47,122 nucleotides of DNA from Jimgerdemannia flammicorona. Lineage: Eukaryota. Position 1 is the first letter of the stretch; the number at the start of each line of letters is the position of its first letter. Below, one piece after another: positions 9,787 through 22,833 of this stretch. The position numbers and the translations under genes were made by a program. Location of the stretch: NCBI GenBank assembly GCA_003990765.1, contig RBNJ01000048.1:1-47122 (forward strand). Direction: 5' to 3'. A model generated the notes under the pieces. The model was not told the DNA's origin, did no database searches, and saw nothing but the letters and a program-made list of their open reading frames with translations.

Positions 9787-11925
9787 ATGGATCCACTAGC
9801 GCTTTCCCTCCAAAAAATGTTGCTTTCACAACAAGACCCTCGACAAACCTCCACGAACTGTCCCGACTCGTCCAAAACTCCGTTCAATTCCCTCGAGCGC
9901 ATCTCCCTTTTCGAACTCCGCTTGAATACTATCCACCTTGGACGTGTCCTCGTCTGTCGCACTATTAGCAAGCCTATTCAGTCCGCTGCCGTCCATGTAG
10001 AAATCGAGGACCCGATCATTGGTGAAAGGTCATCTGCCGCACAGGAAACAGATGTCACGACGGCTCGTCTGCCTCTCTACAACTTCAATGTAAGCGGCGT
10101 GCTGGGTGACGTGTTGGACATCGGGACTCGCCTTTTCATTAGGAAACCTTACTGCGAATTTGACGCGGAGGACGGCCTCCCAATGCTCCGGTGCTATTCC
10201 CCGGACGATGTGGTCCTGGTGCCGAACGAGCAGGTTGACGGACCATTGTTAACCGGATTGAGGTGGTCCAATGCGGTGTCAATCACGTATGGCCCTCCCG
10301 TCAAGCAACAATCAAGACCTCGAAGCGGAAAGATCGACGACCTGCAACGGAGGGGAAACGAACAATTCATTCGCAAAGAATATGCATCGGCTATCGACAG
10401 CTACACTCAAGCCTTGGAGCTGGAGCCCGATGACGTCGCACTACTCTCCAACAGAGCTCATGCACATCTGCAACTCCAGCAGTTCCGGAAGGCGCTGCAA
10501 GATGCCGAGGCGGCTTTAAAACTTGATGGAGCGAATCCAAAGGCGCGGTTTCGTCAAGCCAAGGCGCTCTATGCCATGAGATCCTATGAGGAGGCATGGA
10601 ATAGCTTAAAAATGTTGAGCAAAGCGACCGTAGAGACCCAAGAATTGTCTCGACGCACGCGGCAGCGACTTGAGGAACAAAAGAATGGTCGGTACAACGT
10701 CATGAGTATTTTGCATGAAGCTCGGTCGACGTGGCCACCCTACTTGGACCATTCCGATTACGTTGGGCCCATGCGCGTTACTGAGATCCCGGGAAAGGGT
10801 CGTGGAATGGTGGCCACAAAGGAAATTGCGGAAGGATCACTGCTTATGTGTTCCAAGGCCTTCGCGGTAGTTTTCGAAGAGAAATCCGTTCACGACATCG
10901 TCATCAAGATTGTCGACAAATTGAAGAAAGAACCGTGGGTGGCCACTGAACTCTACGATCTCTATGCCGGCCCCAACATGCCGCCCATGTCTACGAATTG
11001 TACAAACGCAACGGAAGCCGCGGAAATCGATATCGCCCGCATTACAAACATCGTTATTGAAAACAGCTTCACGGTCGACAAAGAACTCTGGACGCCGTTA
11101 TCTTCCCAACTACTACCTCATGCCAACCGCCGCGGGGTGCTCGACGTGGGAACCGGGCTCTGGATACTCCCATCCCTCATCAACCATTCGTGCCTTGCCA
11201 ATGCAAGCTTCTTCAACATCGGCGATTTCATGTTCATTCGAGCGGTTCGCGATCTTAACGAGGGTGAGGAAGTCTGTGTGGCGTATGTGGGAGTCTTAGA
11301 TACGTACGAAGGTCGCACGAAGAAGCTCGAAAAGCGCAATTTCGAATGTCATTGCCCACTCTGCGACTTCGAGCGGGCTCAGCCGGAGGCGACGTGTCGC
11401 CGCGCGAAGCTGCTCGACGAATTCACCAGGATGCGGCCGGAAATTCAAATGGGCAATGTTGGTAAGATGCCACGCCTGAAGGTTATCATGGACGAGATCC
11501 GTAAGACGTACTCTACCGCCAGTGCGACGATATCCACCTCCTCGCGCCGGGGCAAAAAGGGCAAAAAGAAGGTTACCGCCGGCGGTGTGGCCACAACCAC
11601 GTCACCGCCCGCGATGGAGCCACACCAGCTTCCTATTGGCCTCTTCCGCACGCTCTCCGCTTATTCCCACCTGAACGCTTGCCTTGGCCAGTTCAACCAG
11701 GCGGTCCAAGCGCTACACGAGGCGTTCGAGGTCCTGCCGCGCATTGCCGGGGTCAATTTCGTCCGCGTCGACATCGCCATGCAGATCGGAAAGATGTACG
11801 GGATGCTCAACAGGTTCGATGAAGTGGGGCGGTGGAAGAAGGTGGCCAGAAAGGAGTTTCAGATGCTTTATGGCGAGGATCAAGGGCTTTGGAAGGAGTA
11901 TGTGGATGATTTCGACGTGTGTTGA
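9787..11925 (+). CDS. TPR + SET domain protein (SMYD-like putative lysine methyltransferase, 712 aa)
   Basis: Three TPRs (RGNEQFIRKEYASAIDSYTQAL; LLSNRAHAHLQL; KARFRQAKAL). SET motifs GKGRGMVAT, INHSCLANA and RAVRDLNEGEEVCVAY, post-SET FECHCPLC, C-terminal TPR-like helices, and a basic RRGKKGKKK patch. Confidence 0.9.
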   Translation: MDPLALSLQKMLLSQQDPRQTSTNCPDSSKTPFNSLERISLFELRLNTIHLGRVLVCRTISKPIQSAAVHVEIEDPIIGERSSAAQETDVTTARLPLYNFNVSGVLGDVLDIGTRLFIRKPYCEFDAEDGLPMLRCYSPDDVVLVPNEQVDGPLLTGLRWSNAVSITYGPPVKQQSRPRSGKIDDLQRRGNEQFIRKEYASAIDSYTQALELEPDDVALLSNRAHAHLQLQQFRKALQDAEAALKLDGANPKARFRQAKALYAMRSYEEAWNSLKMLSKATVETQELSRRTRQRLEEQKNGRYNVMSILHEARSTWPPYLDHSDYVGPMRVTEIPGKGRGMVATKEIAEGSLLMCSKAFAVVFEEKSVHDIVIKIVDKLKKEPWVATELYDLYAGPNMPPMSTNCTNATEAAEIDIARITNIVIENSFTVDKELWTPLSSQLLPHANRRGVLDVGTGLWILPSLINHSCLANASFFNIGDFMFIRAVRDLNEGEEVCVAYVGVLDTYEGRTKKLEKRNFECHCPLCDFERAQPEATCRRAKLLDEFTRMRPEIQMGNVGKMPRLKVIMDEIRKTYSTASATISTSSRRGKKGKKKVTAGGVATTTSPPAMEPHQLPIGLFRTLSAYSHLNACLGQFNQAVQALHEAFEVLPRIAGVNFVRVDIAMQIGKMYGMLNRFDEVGRWKKVARKEFQMLYGEDQGLWKEYVDDFDVC

Positions 11926-12109
11926 TTTGTGTTTGGTCGCTGACGAAAGTGTTACTCGAAAGCGCAAGACAGAATTCATATAATAATAGCCAGTGATTTG
12001 CTGTCAAGAAAGTAAAACGTATCCATGTTTCCCCATATGCATGCAATGTAATTTACTCCAACCTTATTCCACGCAATGGCGCTATGCAGCCACATCACAA
12101 AAATAATTC

Positions 12110-12290
12110 AGCATTCTCACATAATTCTAGTGCATTCGCAGAATGTTGTAGAACTCCAGAATGCCAGTACATTATGTGAATAAGAATGCGGATGATATGG
12201 ACCAGAATGCCAGTACATTATGCGTACCGGAATGCTCAGAATTCTTAGTGATAACGCCAGAATGTAGTAGGCCAGAATGCGTCAGAATCA
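12110..12290. repeat. Cluster of RGAATG(C) motifs with an exact 21-bp direct repeat
   Basis: CCAGAATGCCAGTACATTATG occurs at 12156-12176 and 12202-12222, with further AGAATG/GGAATG copies here and at ~12745-12830. Confidence 0.6.
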
Positions 12291-14455
12291 TTACAAAAAT
12301 CGCACGTATATCCGATATATCTGGATATACCAGGATCCAAATTTTTATTGTTATATAATTATTAGAATTACTAGAGAAAAGATAATGAATGAAATAAAGC
12401 TATAAATGAATTGAAAGCATATGTCCCACAGCTGCATCATGATGTGTTGCGACAGGTCGAGCTGCAGGAGCGAGGGTAGCGTGGATGTCTTTTCGAGCAA
12501 GGCGTCTTGTCAGCGGAGGGGTCAGGGGAATTGTTTGGCAATCAGGCCATTGGCAGTCTCGTCAGCGGAGGTGTCTTATCAGCAGAGGGAATATTTTGGG
12601 AATATGGAGTGGGGCGTTGTTTATTATTCCAGATAGCGCGGCGAGTGACGTAATCAAAGATGAAAGAATCACGTGTCTAAGCCACATTATCGAGATGTCA
12701 ACAATAATAGGAATTTCAACACTCCCGCTCATTGAGATAATATGCAAGAATGCAATGTAAGCAGGAATGTAAGAATGTAATGAAACCAAGCAATAACCAC
12801 AAAATGACTGCAAATGTACTAAAAGAATGCTATCTACCCATGCTTAAACTATAGTGAAAATAAAGAATATAGATAGATCTTAATAGTAAATAGAGAAGAA
12901 GAAGAAAAAGAATAATAATAATAATAATGCAATGTAATACTTGAAGAGAGAGATGTATAAATATGTATTGCATTGTTTTTCTACTTTCTTTTCATTATTA
13001 CTCATTATTCATATATAGTTTTATTACTAATATATAGTTTTTTATAAGATTTATTTCTTTAATATATTGCTTAAACTTTTGTCCTGGAAGGGCTTTGGTA
13101 AGTGAAGCTGTGATCATATGCTCTGTGGGGATATCTAAGCATATAGTTCTATTCTCTATATATATATTCTCTTATATAATAGTATTATATATTAATGTAC
13201 TTTATTCTACTATAATGAATAGAGTTCTTTAATATAATAATTATAGACTAGTTACATATCTTGATGAATGAGTATAGAGTGCTATTTCTGATCAAATTCA
13301 AGTTTCTTTAATAACTGATATAGCTAAATAGCTTTCTTTATTACTGTGAATAATACTTGATACTTTGCTTATATAGATAATATTATTACTAAACTCTACT
13401 TATATATTTACTATAAAATAACTTCTTTATTATTTAATTGAAATAAGTACCCAGTTGTAGATCAGTGATCATCTAAGTCTCTAGCTCAATCAGTATTTCA
13501 TATATTAGATAATTATATATTTTTATTATTACTAATATTTCTACTCAATTCATTAAAGATAATCATATAGTATATTATATCTTTATTATATCTAAAATTC
13601 TGCTAATAGTACTCTAATACAAATTATTATAGTATGAGATTAAATCATCCTAGGATAGTTTAGATATAAGTTGACTATAAGAGATATATAGTATATATAC
13701 TTCTATTATATATAATAGATATCTTCAAAAGAAAGAATATATTACCCATATTAGTTATCTTAAATTCTTTATATAGAGCTTCTTTGAGTCTATTAAGCTT
13801 ACTTTTTATTTATATTATTTACTCAAATACTTATAAATATTACTCTATTAGTATAGTGTTGAATATATATATAGTTATCTATTTTACCATATAAAGCTAT
13901 TGTTAAGGAGATATTCATCAATTTTTCTATTCTACAATTGGACTACTTGCTTAATATTATATAATACTTTGTATAGTTTGTATATGAGATAATTATTCTA
14001 ACTATTATATAGTTCATATACTTATAGCTGATAAATATATAGCTCTGTATCTATATTACTATTAAGAAAGGCTATCTTTATATTTATTTAATAGATTTTC
14101 AGATTATATATAGTAATATTTATAAGAAATATTCTTAAAAAAGTAAGCTTAAATATTAGAGAAAATGTTTCATCATAGTTTATACTATAATCTTATAAAT
14201 AATCCTTAATAACAAAATGTATTTTATATTATTTTATACTTTTATCACTCTTGTACTTTTTAAAAATCCAATGAGATTCTATAGTTTGTTAATTAATCAG
14301 ATAAAGTACCAAATCCTATATATCATTTTTGATAAGTAAATTATACTTTTCATCTATTACTTACTTCTATCTCTTATTGTTAGAAAAAGTTATTACTTTA
14401 TTATATATACTTGACTCATGAAAAGTTACAATAAACATATATTTATATATCTTGA

Positions 14456-14847
14456 TAGTACTTCTAGTAAATTGAATTAAATTAAATTTGATCTAAATTC
14501 AATTTTATTTGAATTAAATCAAAGGTTTAATTCAATTTGAGATTTGATTTGAACTCTATTTTTTAAAATATAATAATTTAATGAAAACATATTTAAATTT
14601 AATAATCTTTAGCTTACTAGATTCCTCTATATAAGAGATATCCAATAAGCTAAAGATCATTAAATTTAGATGTGTTTTTATTGAGTTATTATATTTTAAA
14701 AAATAGGGTTCAAATTAAACCCTTAATTTAATTCAAATTTAATTTGATTTGAACTTAATTTGAATTAAAAAATCTCTAATTCAATTAAATTCAAATGACC
14801 CTCAATTCAATTTAATTTAAATTGATTTAATTCATTTAAAAGCACTA
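14456..14847. mobile_element. Non-autonomous hAT-type MITE, 392 bp, largely palindromic
   Basis: Termini TAGTACTT...AAGCACTA. The 8-bp flanks TATCTTGA / TATCTCAG can both derive from TATCTCGG by transitions. Subterminal AATTCAA/TTGAATT arrays and a long internal inverted repeat centred at ~14630. Removing it restores colinearity with Copia-2. Confidence 0.75.
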
Positions 14848-15635
14848 TATCTCAGTATAGCTCACACAGTCTTTATATTAAGATATCTTTATTATATCCT
14901 AATAACTCTCTAGATTAGAACAAGTCTCATTTCTGAGCTTATGCTTTGACTTTTTCTTGTCTTTGATAGACTATTTATCATCAGAAGTCTTATTATCCTT
15001 AATCTCTATTATCTTTAACTCAGATAACTCTGGCTTAGATATATATAGTAGTTGAAAATAATTTTACTTTATCAGAGAGATTAATATAGATATTAAAGTC
15101 AAGACTCTAATAGATTTATCTATATCAGATTTCTGATTTTCTTTTTTATTAAACTATATATTAGATAAGATTATACATAATATTTATATGAATTCTAGAG
15201 TTAATATATTTTAAAAGAAATATATGCTTACTGGCTTTCAGCTTGAACTTATACCAATTAGTATTACTCTTATTGAGAATATATAAATTATATCTGAATA
15301 TATATAGATATAAAATGTCTGACTTTATTTTACTCTATAATTCTTTAGGAGTAAGATTATAATTATTCTTGAAATACTTATTATTGATAGATTTCTTGCT
15401 TAATCCTTAAGATACACATTGGTTGTATATATATACTATTATATTGATAGCCTTAATCTAATAAGAATATGATAATTAATTATTATATATACTATTTTTA
15501 TAGCTATATAGTTAAATTACTCAGTAATACTATTCTGTTGGAATATATAGAGCTATTATTTGATGGTATATACTATATTTTCTCAAATACTGCTTGAATT
15601 TACTATTGATATATTTATATCTATTATCTGAGTAT

Positions 15636-17186
15636 TATTATATAGTGGTCACTAAGTTCTTCAAATATATCAGATTCTCTTCAAGATGTATCTCTTAGAC
15701 TAACTACAAGTTTGTTATAAGCAAGTTCTTATTGGAGTACCTTCTTAAGGTCTTATAGTCCTCAAACTTCTTATCTTTAAACTAATTATCTCTTAGATTG
15801 CTTATATAGAATTGAGTATAAGTGAACTTGACTGACTTTATTTTAAAGAACATAAGAGAGATATTTATATAAAATATAATTTAATAATTATTAAGATATA
15901 AAGCTAAATATAAATTCCAATAACCAAATAAAATACTAGAACATAGAAAACTTTGGTTGTAAGTACAAATTTGAGTACCTATATAAATGATTGCATAAGC
16001 TCAGGATATCAGTAGATTTTAGTGATACAGAAAAAGAATACTGGTAGAATTCAGTTATATATATAGAAAAAGGATGCCAGAAGATTTCAGTGTACTAAGA
16101 ACTTAGAGCAGAATATTCTAGACCATGGGGGCTTCATCTTTATCACTATCATCAAGACTAGAGGTTAGAGACAGGATGTCTTCAAAGGAAATGAGATTAG
16201 TGAATATTTCGTCTATTTCATATACTTCATGTATATTATCAATTAGTGAAATGATATTATTGCCAATGATGTCATCATGTTTGATAGTGATAAGGGCTCT
16301 CTAATCTATGACATTTTATTCCACAAAATAAGAAACAAATGTAGGATCTTGGGGAGACCTAACCTAAATGCTGAGACCTTAGAATACTGAGATCAATTCT
16401 TATAGGAATTGATCTGGATTGTCCTGGAGGATGGAATTCTAGAATTTTTCTACTTTATTACTATTAAGAGTGATAGTGGACTGGGCTTCTGTAGCCACTA
16501 TGGCTTTCAGTACATTGGTATAGTAGACTGACAATTTCTTGAAGTCTGAGACTCTGATATACTCTAAGTTGGGAATTGACTATAGTGTATATCTAAAGAC
16601 CTGATGAATTTTCTTAGCTATCTTTATTTCACATGCATCTATAGAAGTAGTATCTTGTATCTCTTGGGGACTAGCCTGAGAGAATTTCCAATAGAGGAGA
16701 TTTCTTATTTTGTATTCCTGTCATATCTAGAGATATTTAGTAGTAATAGTGATTCTTTTTTCTATTTCATGGCAGTAGAGAATTTAATTATAAGAGTTAC
16801 CAGTACCTAGGTTGAGACTAGGAGTCCTTCTTGTATAGGTCCTCATAGCTCTTCTGATATCTTGGAATATCCTTTCTTAGACTGAGAGGCCTTAGTGATT
16901 CCTGAATCTTGAGATTTGGTGAGCAGCAGGCATTTTATTTGTGATAAGTCTTTTGAACTATTTCTGTAAGCCTTGTTTGAGTTGCTGCTACTGTGGTTTC
17001 TTGATCCTTCTTTTATATTCCTTGAGATGTCTGTCTTGTAGTCATGATGACTCATAATTAGTCACTATTGCTCATCTTGTAGCCTGGGTGAGTTATACTA
17101 TATGATCTTCTTATACTCTAATCTGGTAGCTTGTAAGGAAAGGCTATCTCCTGTGATGATATCATTATTCTGAGGTTACCATTATA
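15636..17186 (-). repeat. Gypsy-A1 3' LTR (1551 bp)
   Basis: Direct repeat of 22834-24350, adjacent to the PPT. Confidence 0.9.
16103..16933 (-). pseudogene. Disrupted copy of the LTR-encoded ORF
   Basis: Starts ATG CCT GCT GCT CAC CAA (MPAAHQ) and ends NILL*. Homologous to 30077-30910, with internal stops. Confidence 0.85.
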
Positions 17187-17229
17187 TCTTCCTCCTGAAT
17201 AAGGATCTTCTCTTGAATATCTTTATTCA

Positions 17230-17488
17230 TTAGTCTAGTCTGAAAAATTTGCTAATCTTATAATCTCTGGCAGGGGGTCAAAAAGTGGTATTTATGAACT
17301 GGTGTCTCCTTATATATTTTGGCATAATGGTGAAGAATTACTCTCTTCATATAGAGCAAGGGCCTGATTCTGATCTTGACCAATCAGTTGATGGTTTGAA
17401 CTCCTCTAACTTTGAAAATCTCATGAATGAGTAGTTGCTGATACCATATCTCTTAGAGAATGGTCCAGACAGATTATCTGCTAGTTAT
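17230..17488 (-). pseudogene. Disrupted small ORF3 between integrase and PPT
   Basis: Homologous to 36794-37054. The start codon reads ATA. Confidence 0.5.
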
Positions 17489-17499
17489 GAGATATACTG

Positions 17500-20400
17500 T
17501 TATGATTCACAGACTAGAACCTCACAGGTAGTCATTATGTTTTACTTCTCTTATATAGGTTTATGGTACTTCTTAAGTCTATTCCTATATACTATAGTAG
17601 GCAGTATGATCTCTGAGAGTTTTCTAAGCCAGAAGGTAGTTCTATTGATATCTTGTACATAGAAGGGTCTTTCTCATTTGAGCTCCAGTTTTTGTGACCA
17701 TGAAGCTTCTACTATATTTTAATACAGTAGGACCTTTTCTCTGATTTGGATGAGTTCTAGAGTTTTGTAATTCTTTTCTATATTCTTCCTTATCAGTACT
17801 TGTGACTTGATGATATAATCTTCAGCCTTCTTTCTGATTTAGTATAGCCTCTAGATTTCTGAGTCAATCTATCTCTAAGTTAGATCTAGATTTGTAGCTG
17901 AGATTATATCAGAATCTTTTTCTCCAAAGAGCAGTTCTCTTGAAGTAAAGTGTATACTCTGTGACTATATATCTTGTAGAACAGAGAGGACAGTTGGGAG
18001 GTAGTTATCCTAATTATTATATATGTCTGAGATCTTTGCCAGAATGTTCTTAAAAGTCTTGTTGGTTCTTTCTGTTTATCTATTTCCTTAAGAGTGATAC
18101 ACAGTGGTCTTGATATACTGAATTTTATATTTCTGATATATTATCTTATGGAATCTATTGACAAATTCTGTACCATAGTCTGTGGTGATTTGTCTTGGTG
18201 TTTTGTAATGGCAGATGATTTCTTGGTACAGGAAGTCAGCTATAGAGAGAACATTGACTTCTTGTAATACTCCTACTTCTATTCATTTGGTAAAGAGGTC
18301 TAATATAGTGGTTTTCTGATAGTATTACTGGTAGTGGTCCAATAATATCTCTTGTGATGTAGTGGAAGGAGATAGGCTCAATTCTTGATGACCTGGGTGC
18401 CTGGTCTTACTGATCTTATTTCTGTTTTTAGTACTTATCACACCCTTTGACAAATTGGCACAGGTTTTCTTCTATCTTAGGCCACTACATGATTCTTCTT
18501 ATCTTGTTATATATATTGGTTCCTCTTAGATATTCTTGTTCATATACTTCCTTTATTACTTGATACTTCTTGTATTTGAATATTATAAGCTTTTCTCCTT
18601 TTCTGAGTATGGTATTGTCTAGTTCAAATTGTTTTCAAGTCCAGTTAATGATAGTGATAATTCAGAGTTTGAGGTGGTTGGGCATCTTTCACTATCTAAA
18701 GTAGCTGATTAATCCATAGTATAGCTCCTTATTTATATTGAATAGTCTTGATGAGAATGTTTCAGGATATCCTTGAGAGTGCATCAGTATTGATATTGGT
18801 TCTTTCTGAGTGATGCTTAACAGTATAGTTATACTCTTACAGTCTGTAGATCCATCTGGCATATATTTCTTTCAGACAAGAGCAGAGTAGTCTATTTGAA
18901 TAGTGAAGTATTTCTCAGCTAGATTGTAGTGAAACTTGTCTACTACTCAGACTACTGCTAAGCGTTTAAGCTTATATGACTCATAGTTCTGTTCTGCTTT
19001 GCAAGTATCTTAGTTTGTATAGGAGATGACATATTTATGTCTATCTTTCTTCTGAGCTAAGACTGCTCTAAGTTCTATAGTACTTACATCTGTCTGTAGA
19101 ATGAACTCTAAGTTCTAATCTGGTCTTCTGAGGATGGGTGCTTGGGTCAATCTGGTCTTGAGTTCATTGAATGTTTCTTGATATTCCTTAGTCCATTCAA
19201 ATTTAATCTCCTTCTTCAGTAGCTTATAGATAGATACTGCAGTATTGGAGTATCTTTTGATAAATCTTCTATAGTAGGAGACTAGTCTAAGGAAGGTGTA
19301 GACTTCTATAGTTGTTCTGGGTCTTGGGTAGGTTACAATAGCCTCAAAATTCATAGAGTCTATATAAATTCCAGTCTGGTTGATAATGTGTCCTAGGTAG
19401 GTGATTTCCTGAGCTACAAACTTACACTTCTTGGGCTTGATATAGAGATCATACTCCTTGAGCTTCTTGAGAGCTAGTTGTATATGGTTGACATATTCCT
19501 ATATAGTATTGCTGAAGATAATCACATCATCAATATAGATAAAGAGCTATTTTCCAATCTCATTACTGAAGCTCTATTTATAATTTGCAGAAAACTTACT
19601 GGAGCATTATATATTCCAAATGATATTTGCATATAGATATAAGTGATATCAGGTGTGATGAAGACTGATTCCTCACTAGCATCTTGAGTGAGACCAATCT
19701 GACAGAAGCCTGAGAACAGATCTAAGATAGTATAGTATTTGACTTTACTTCTAAAAGTGGTAAGGATTTCTTAGATATTTGGCAAGGACTGCTTATCTTT
19801 CTTGGTAATTGCATTGAGCTTCCTGTAATCAATACAGAGTCTTGGGGCAAACTCTCCAGGCTTGTTTTCTTTCTTTGGGGCAAGAACAATAGGTGAAGCC
19901 CAGGGGCTGATAGCTTGCTTGATGATTCCAGCTTCTTCTATTTCCTTGAGTTTGGCTTGCAGCTATTCTCTATAGGCAGGTGGTATAGATCTGGCTTTCT
20001 GATAGATGGGCTTGGTATTGCTAGTATCAACTTTATAGTAGTACTTAGGTTCTTGATTGTGGATGTCCCTGAAGTCTGTGGTAAGTACTTCTTTATTCTG
20101 ATATAAGATCTTGAGAAGTTGTTCTTCTTGGAGAAAGTTTTCTCCAATGATATATATATACTTGTTCTGATTCTTATATTTCTTGTGCTTGAGTTTAGTA
20201 ATCTTGATAGCAGCATAGACTCTTCTTCCAGTAGATCTAAAGCCTTGTTCTCCTCTCTTGGTCTTGATAAATTCAATGGCTTCAGTGATCTTAGACTTCT
20301 TGACTTCATGGATTAGCATCTGGCCAATCCTGTCATACTTCTTAACTTTGAATAGGGTGGTGGAGTTGTAATTCCTAACTATAAGGAAGATCTTACCAGT

Positions 20401-22707
20401 ATAATTAGGGTCAATTATTCCTCCTTTAACTGAGATTTCACTTTTGGCCAGACTGCTCCTGATCTTGATAATTCTGGTATAGTTCTCTGACAATTTGACT
20501 CCAATTCTAGTGCCAAGTAGAGTGGTGGTCTGTGGTTTGAGGATAGCATCTTGGATGTTAGCAAGATCTATTTCTATAGCTCCTTCAGTCTTATATTCTA
20601 GGATCTTGGCTTCAGAATGAAACTTCTTAACCTTGAGAGTAATGTCTAGTTCTTATTTCTCCTCATTACTATTAGCTTAAAGCTCTGGGGGCTGGTCATC
20701 TTTTTTGGCTTTTTTTTTTTACTTTAGCAACTTCTTACTTATACTTTTGTTAATGGATTTTCCTGACTTCACTGATATAGAACTAGCAGTCATTTAGGTG
20801 TTCAGAGTAATACATTCTAGTACTATGGGGGCATCTTTCTTGAGAGGCATAGCCATTGATGATCTCATTATACTACTGCTCATCTGTAAGCTTGGGTGTC
20901 TTGTTCTTATTCTTATATACTGAGTATATGAAGACTTCTGTATCCTCTTCATCTATGTCTAGTAGTACTCCTTTATGGATATTGATAGAGACTCATACCT
21001 TTCTTTCTCTATAGTTGATCTGCATCTTCTAGAAATTGAGGTCAATGATTACCTTGGCCTTATGGAACTATTGATTACTAATGAGGATATCATAGTTGGT
21101 ACCTATAATAATTATATTTACTAGGATGATAGCTCCTCTTATCTTGATGAGAACTTCTCAGATCTTGTCTAAGAGGGTAGCTTGTGTGCTATCTATTATA
21201 ACATAGACCATTTTGGTAGACTCTTCAATATCCTAGCCTAGGCAGTCAATTGTCTTCTTACTCATAAGACATCCTCCAGTACTAGTATTAATGATGACAT
21301 CAAAGATACAATCTTTAATCTGATATGGGGTATAGGCTGATATTTTGTGCTAGTCTTCAGATTCTTTATCTGAGTTCTCAGATTCTTCTTATATATTGTG
21401 AGCTTCTATAATCTTGTACTCTTAGTTCTTGATAGTAGTTGTAAGTCCTACTCTTAACTACTATCTGAAGACAGGAACTTTGGCTAGTTGTCTAAAAGTA
21501 GTATTGATCTTCTGTTCTTTAAGATCTTTGTAGATATCATACCAGTGGATCTTAGTCTTGCACAGCTTCTGTTCTTGCTTTCACTTTCTCCTGAGACTAG
21601 AGTAGTACCTTTAATAATTTGGTAAGTAGCTTCATCTAACTCTATATCTTGATCAATCTCCTCAAGTTGGGTCTTGCTTTGAATAGTAACAACTGGGGTC
21701 TTCTTTGGTCTTCCAACTGGCTTTCTGTTGCTCTTCTTATCATAGAGCTTGGACTGGGTTCTGGTATCTTCAGTAATAGGATAGAATTCAGACTCCTCAT
21801 AATATTCTTCATCATCAGTATTATCAATCTCCTCAATGACTACTGCATTGGTTTGTTCTCTAGTTCTAGTAGCATTACTTGGTGGGACTTTACATCTTGT
21901 TTCAGTCATACAACTCTTTGCATAGTGGCCTTCTTTTCCAAATCTTAAGCATGTGATATTATATTCTTCTATAGCAACTACAAATATCTATACTGGTCTC
22001 CTGTTGGTGCTTTGGACTTCTATAACAACATCACTAAGGTGTATAGTCATCTCAGCAAACTGCTTGGTGAGTTTCTCTACTGAGTTAGCTTTGGCTGCCT
22101 TGGGGGTAGGTGGGGATGGTTGTCTGTTAACAATTATAGTGAGTATAATACTAGTTGGTTTTTGTGACTCTATCTTAATATCAGTTATTTTCTCCATTGA
22201 GTGTTTGGTAGAGTATCTGATAGTTCAATATCTCTATGTAAAGACTACTTTCTGGTCAAGGATCAGAGCAGCTGAGATAGACCAGATTGCCAGGATAATT
22301 TCAGGATGATCTCCTTTAAGGAAGGTTGAATCAGCTATTTGATCCTTAAGGATATCATCATAGCCAGCCAAGACAATCTGGTGGCAGATTTAGATATAGA
22401 ATGAGTTAGGATCTTCACTGAGTCTGTGGCAGATAGTATTGAGTTGATCTTTGAGAGCTTGCTTGAACTCTTTAGTATAATATATAGTTCTGAGGAAGTT
22501 CTTCATATTGATAAGTTTGGCTACACCAGTATTAGCAATGGTGGCTATATTGAACTTGTCTCTGGCAGGTCCTCTGAGGCTGACTGGTAGAAGGGCCAAT
22601 TGTGCATCTATATTGAGGGCTTATATGGTGGCAAATTGTTCAAAGTCTTCAATAAAGATCAGGATTGACTCTTCAGTAGTATATCTATAGAATGTGGAGA
22701 GATACAT
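17500..22707 (-). pseudogene. gag-pol: Gypsy-A1 gag-pol (gag/CCHC, protease, dUTPase ~20227-20640, RT, RNase H, integrase), inactivated
   Basis: dUTPase RSSLAK..GGIIDPNYTG..RGEQGFRSTG, RT FIYIDDVIIFS, FLRLVSYYRRFI and APILRRPD. Many stops. Confidence 0.9.
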
Positions 22708-22833
22708 TTCTATTTTATCTTGAATTCTTACAGAGATAACTCTTGTAGTTAGAGTAGTTGTTATAGTAGTTATTTATTTTTTAACTTAAAAATAAGAGAT
22801 TCATCTTGAATTACCAGCCAATAGGCACTAAGT

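Noticed and set aside
12421-12813. Short ORFs in a GC-richer patch
   Set aside because: No domain signal or consistent frame, so a gene cannot be supported.
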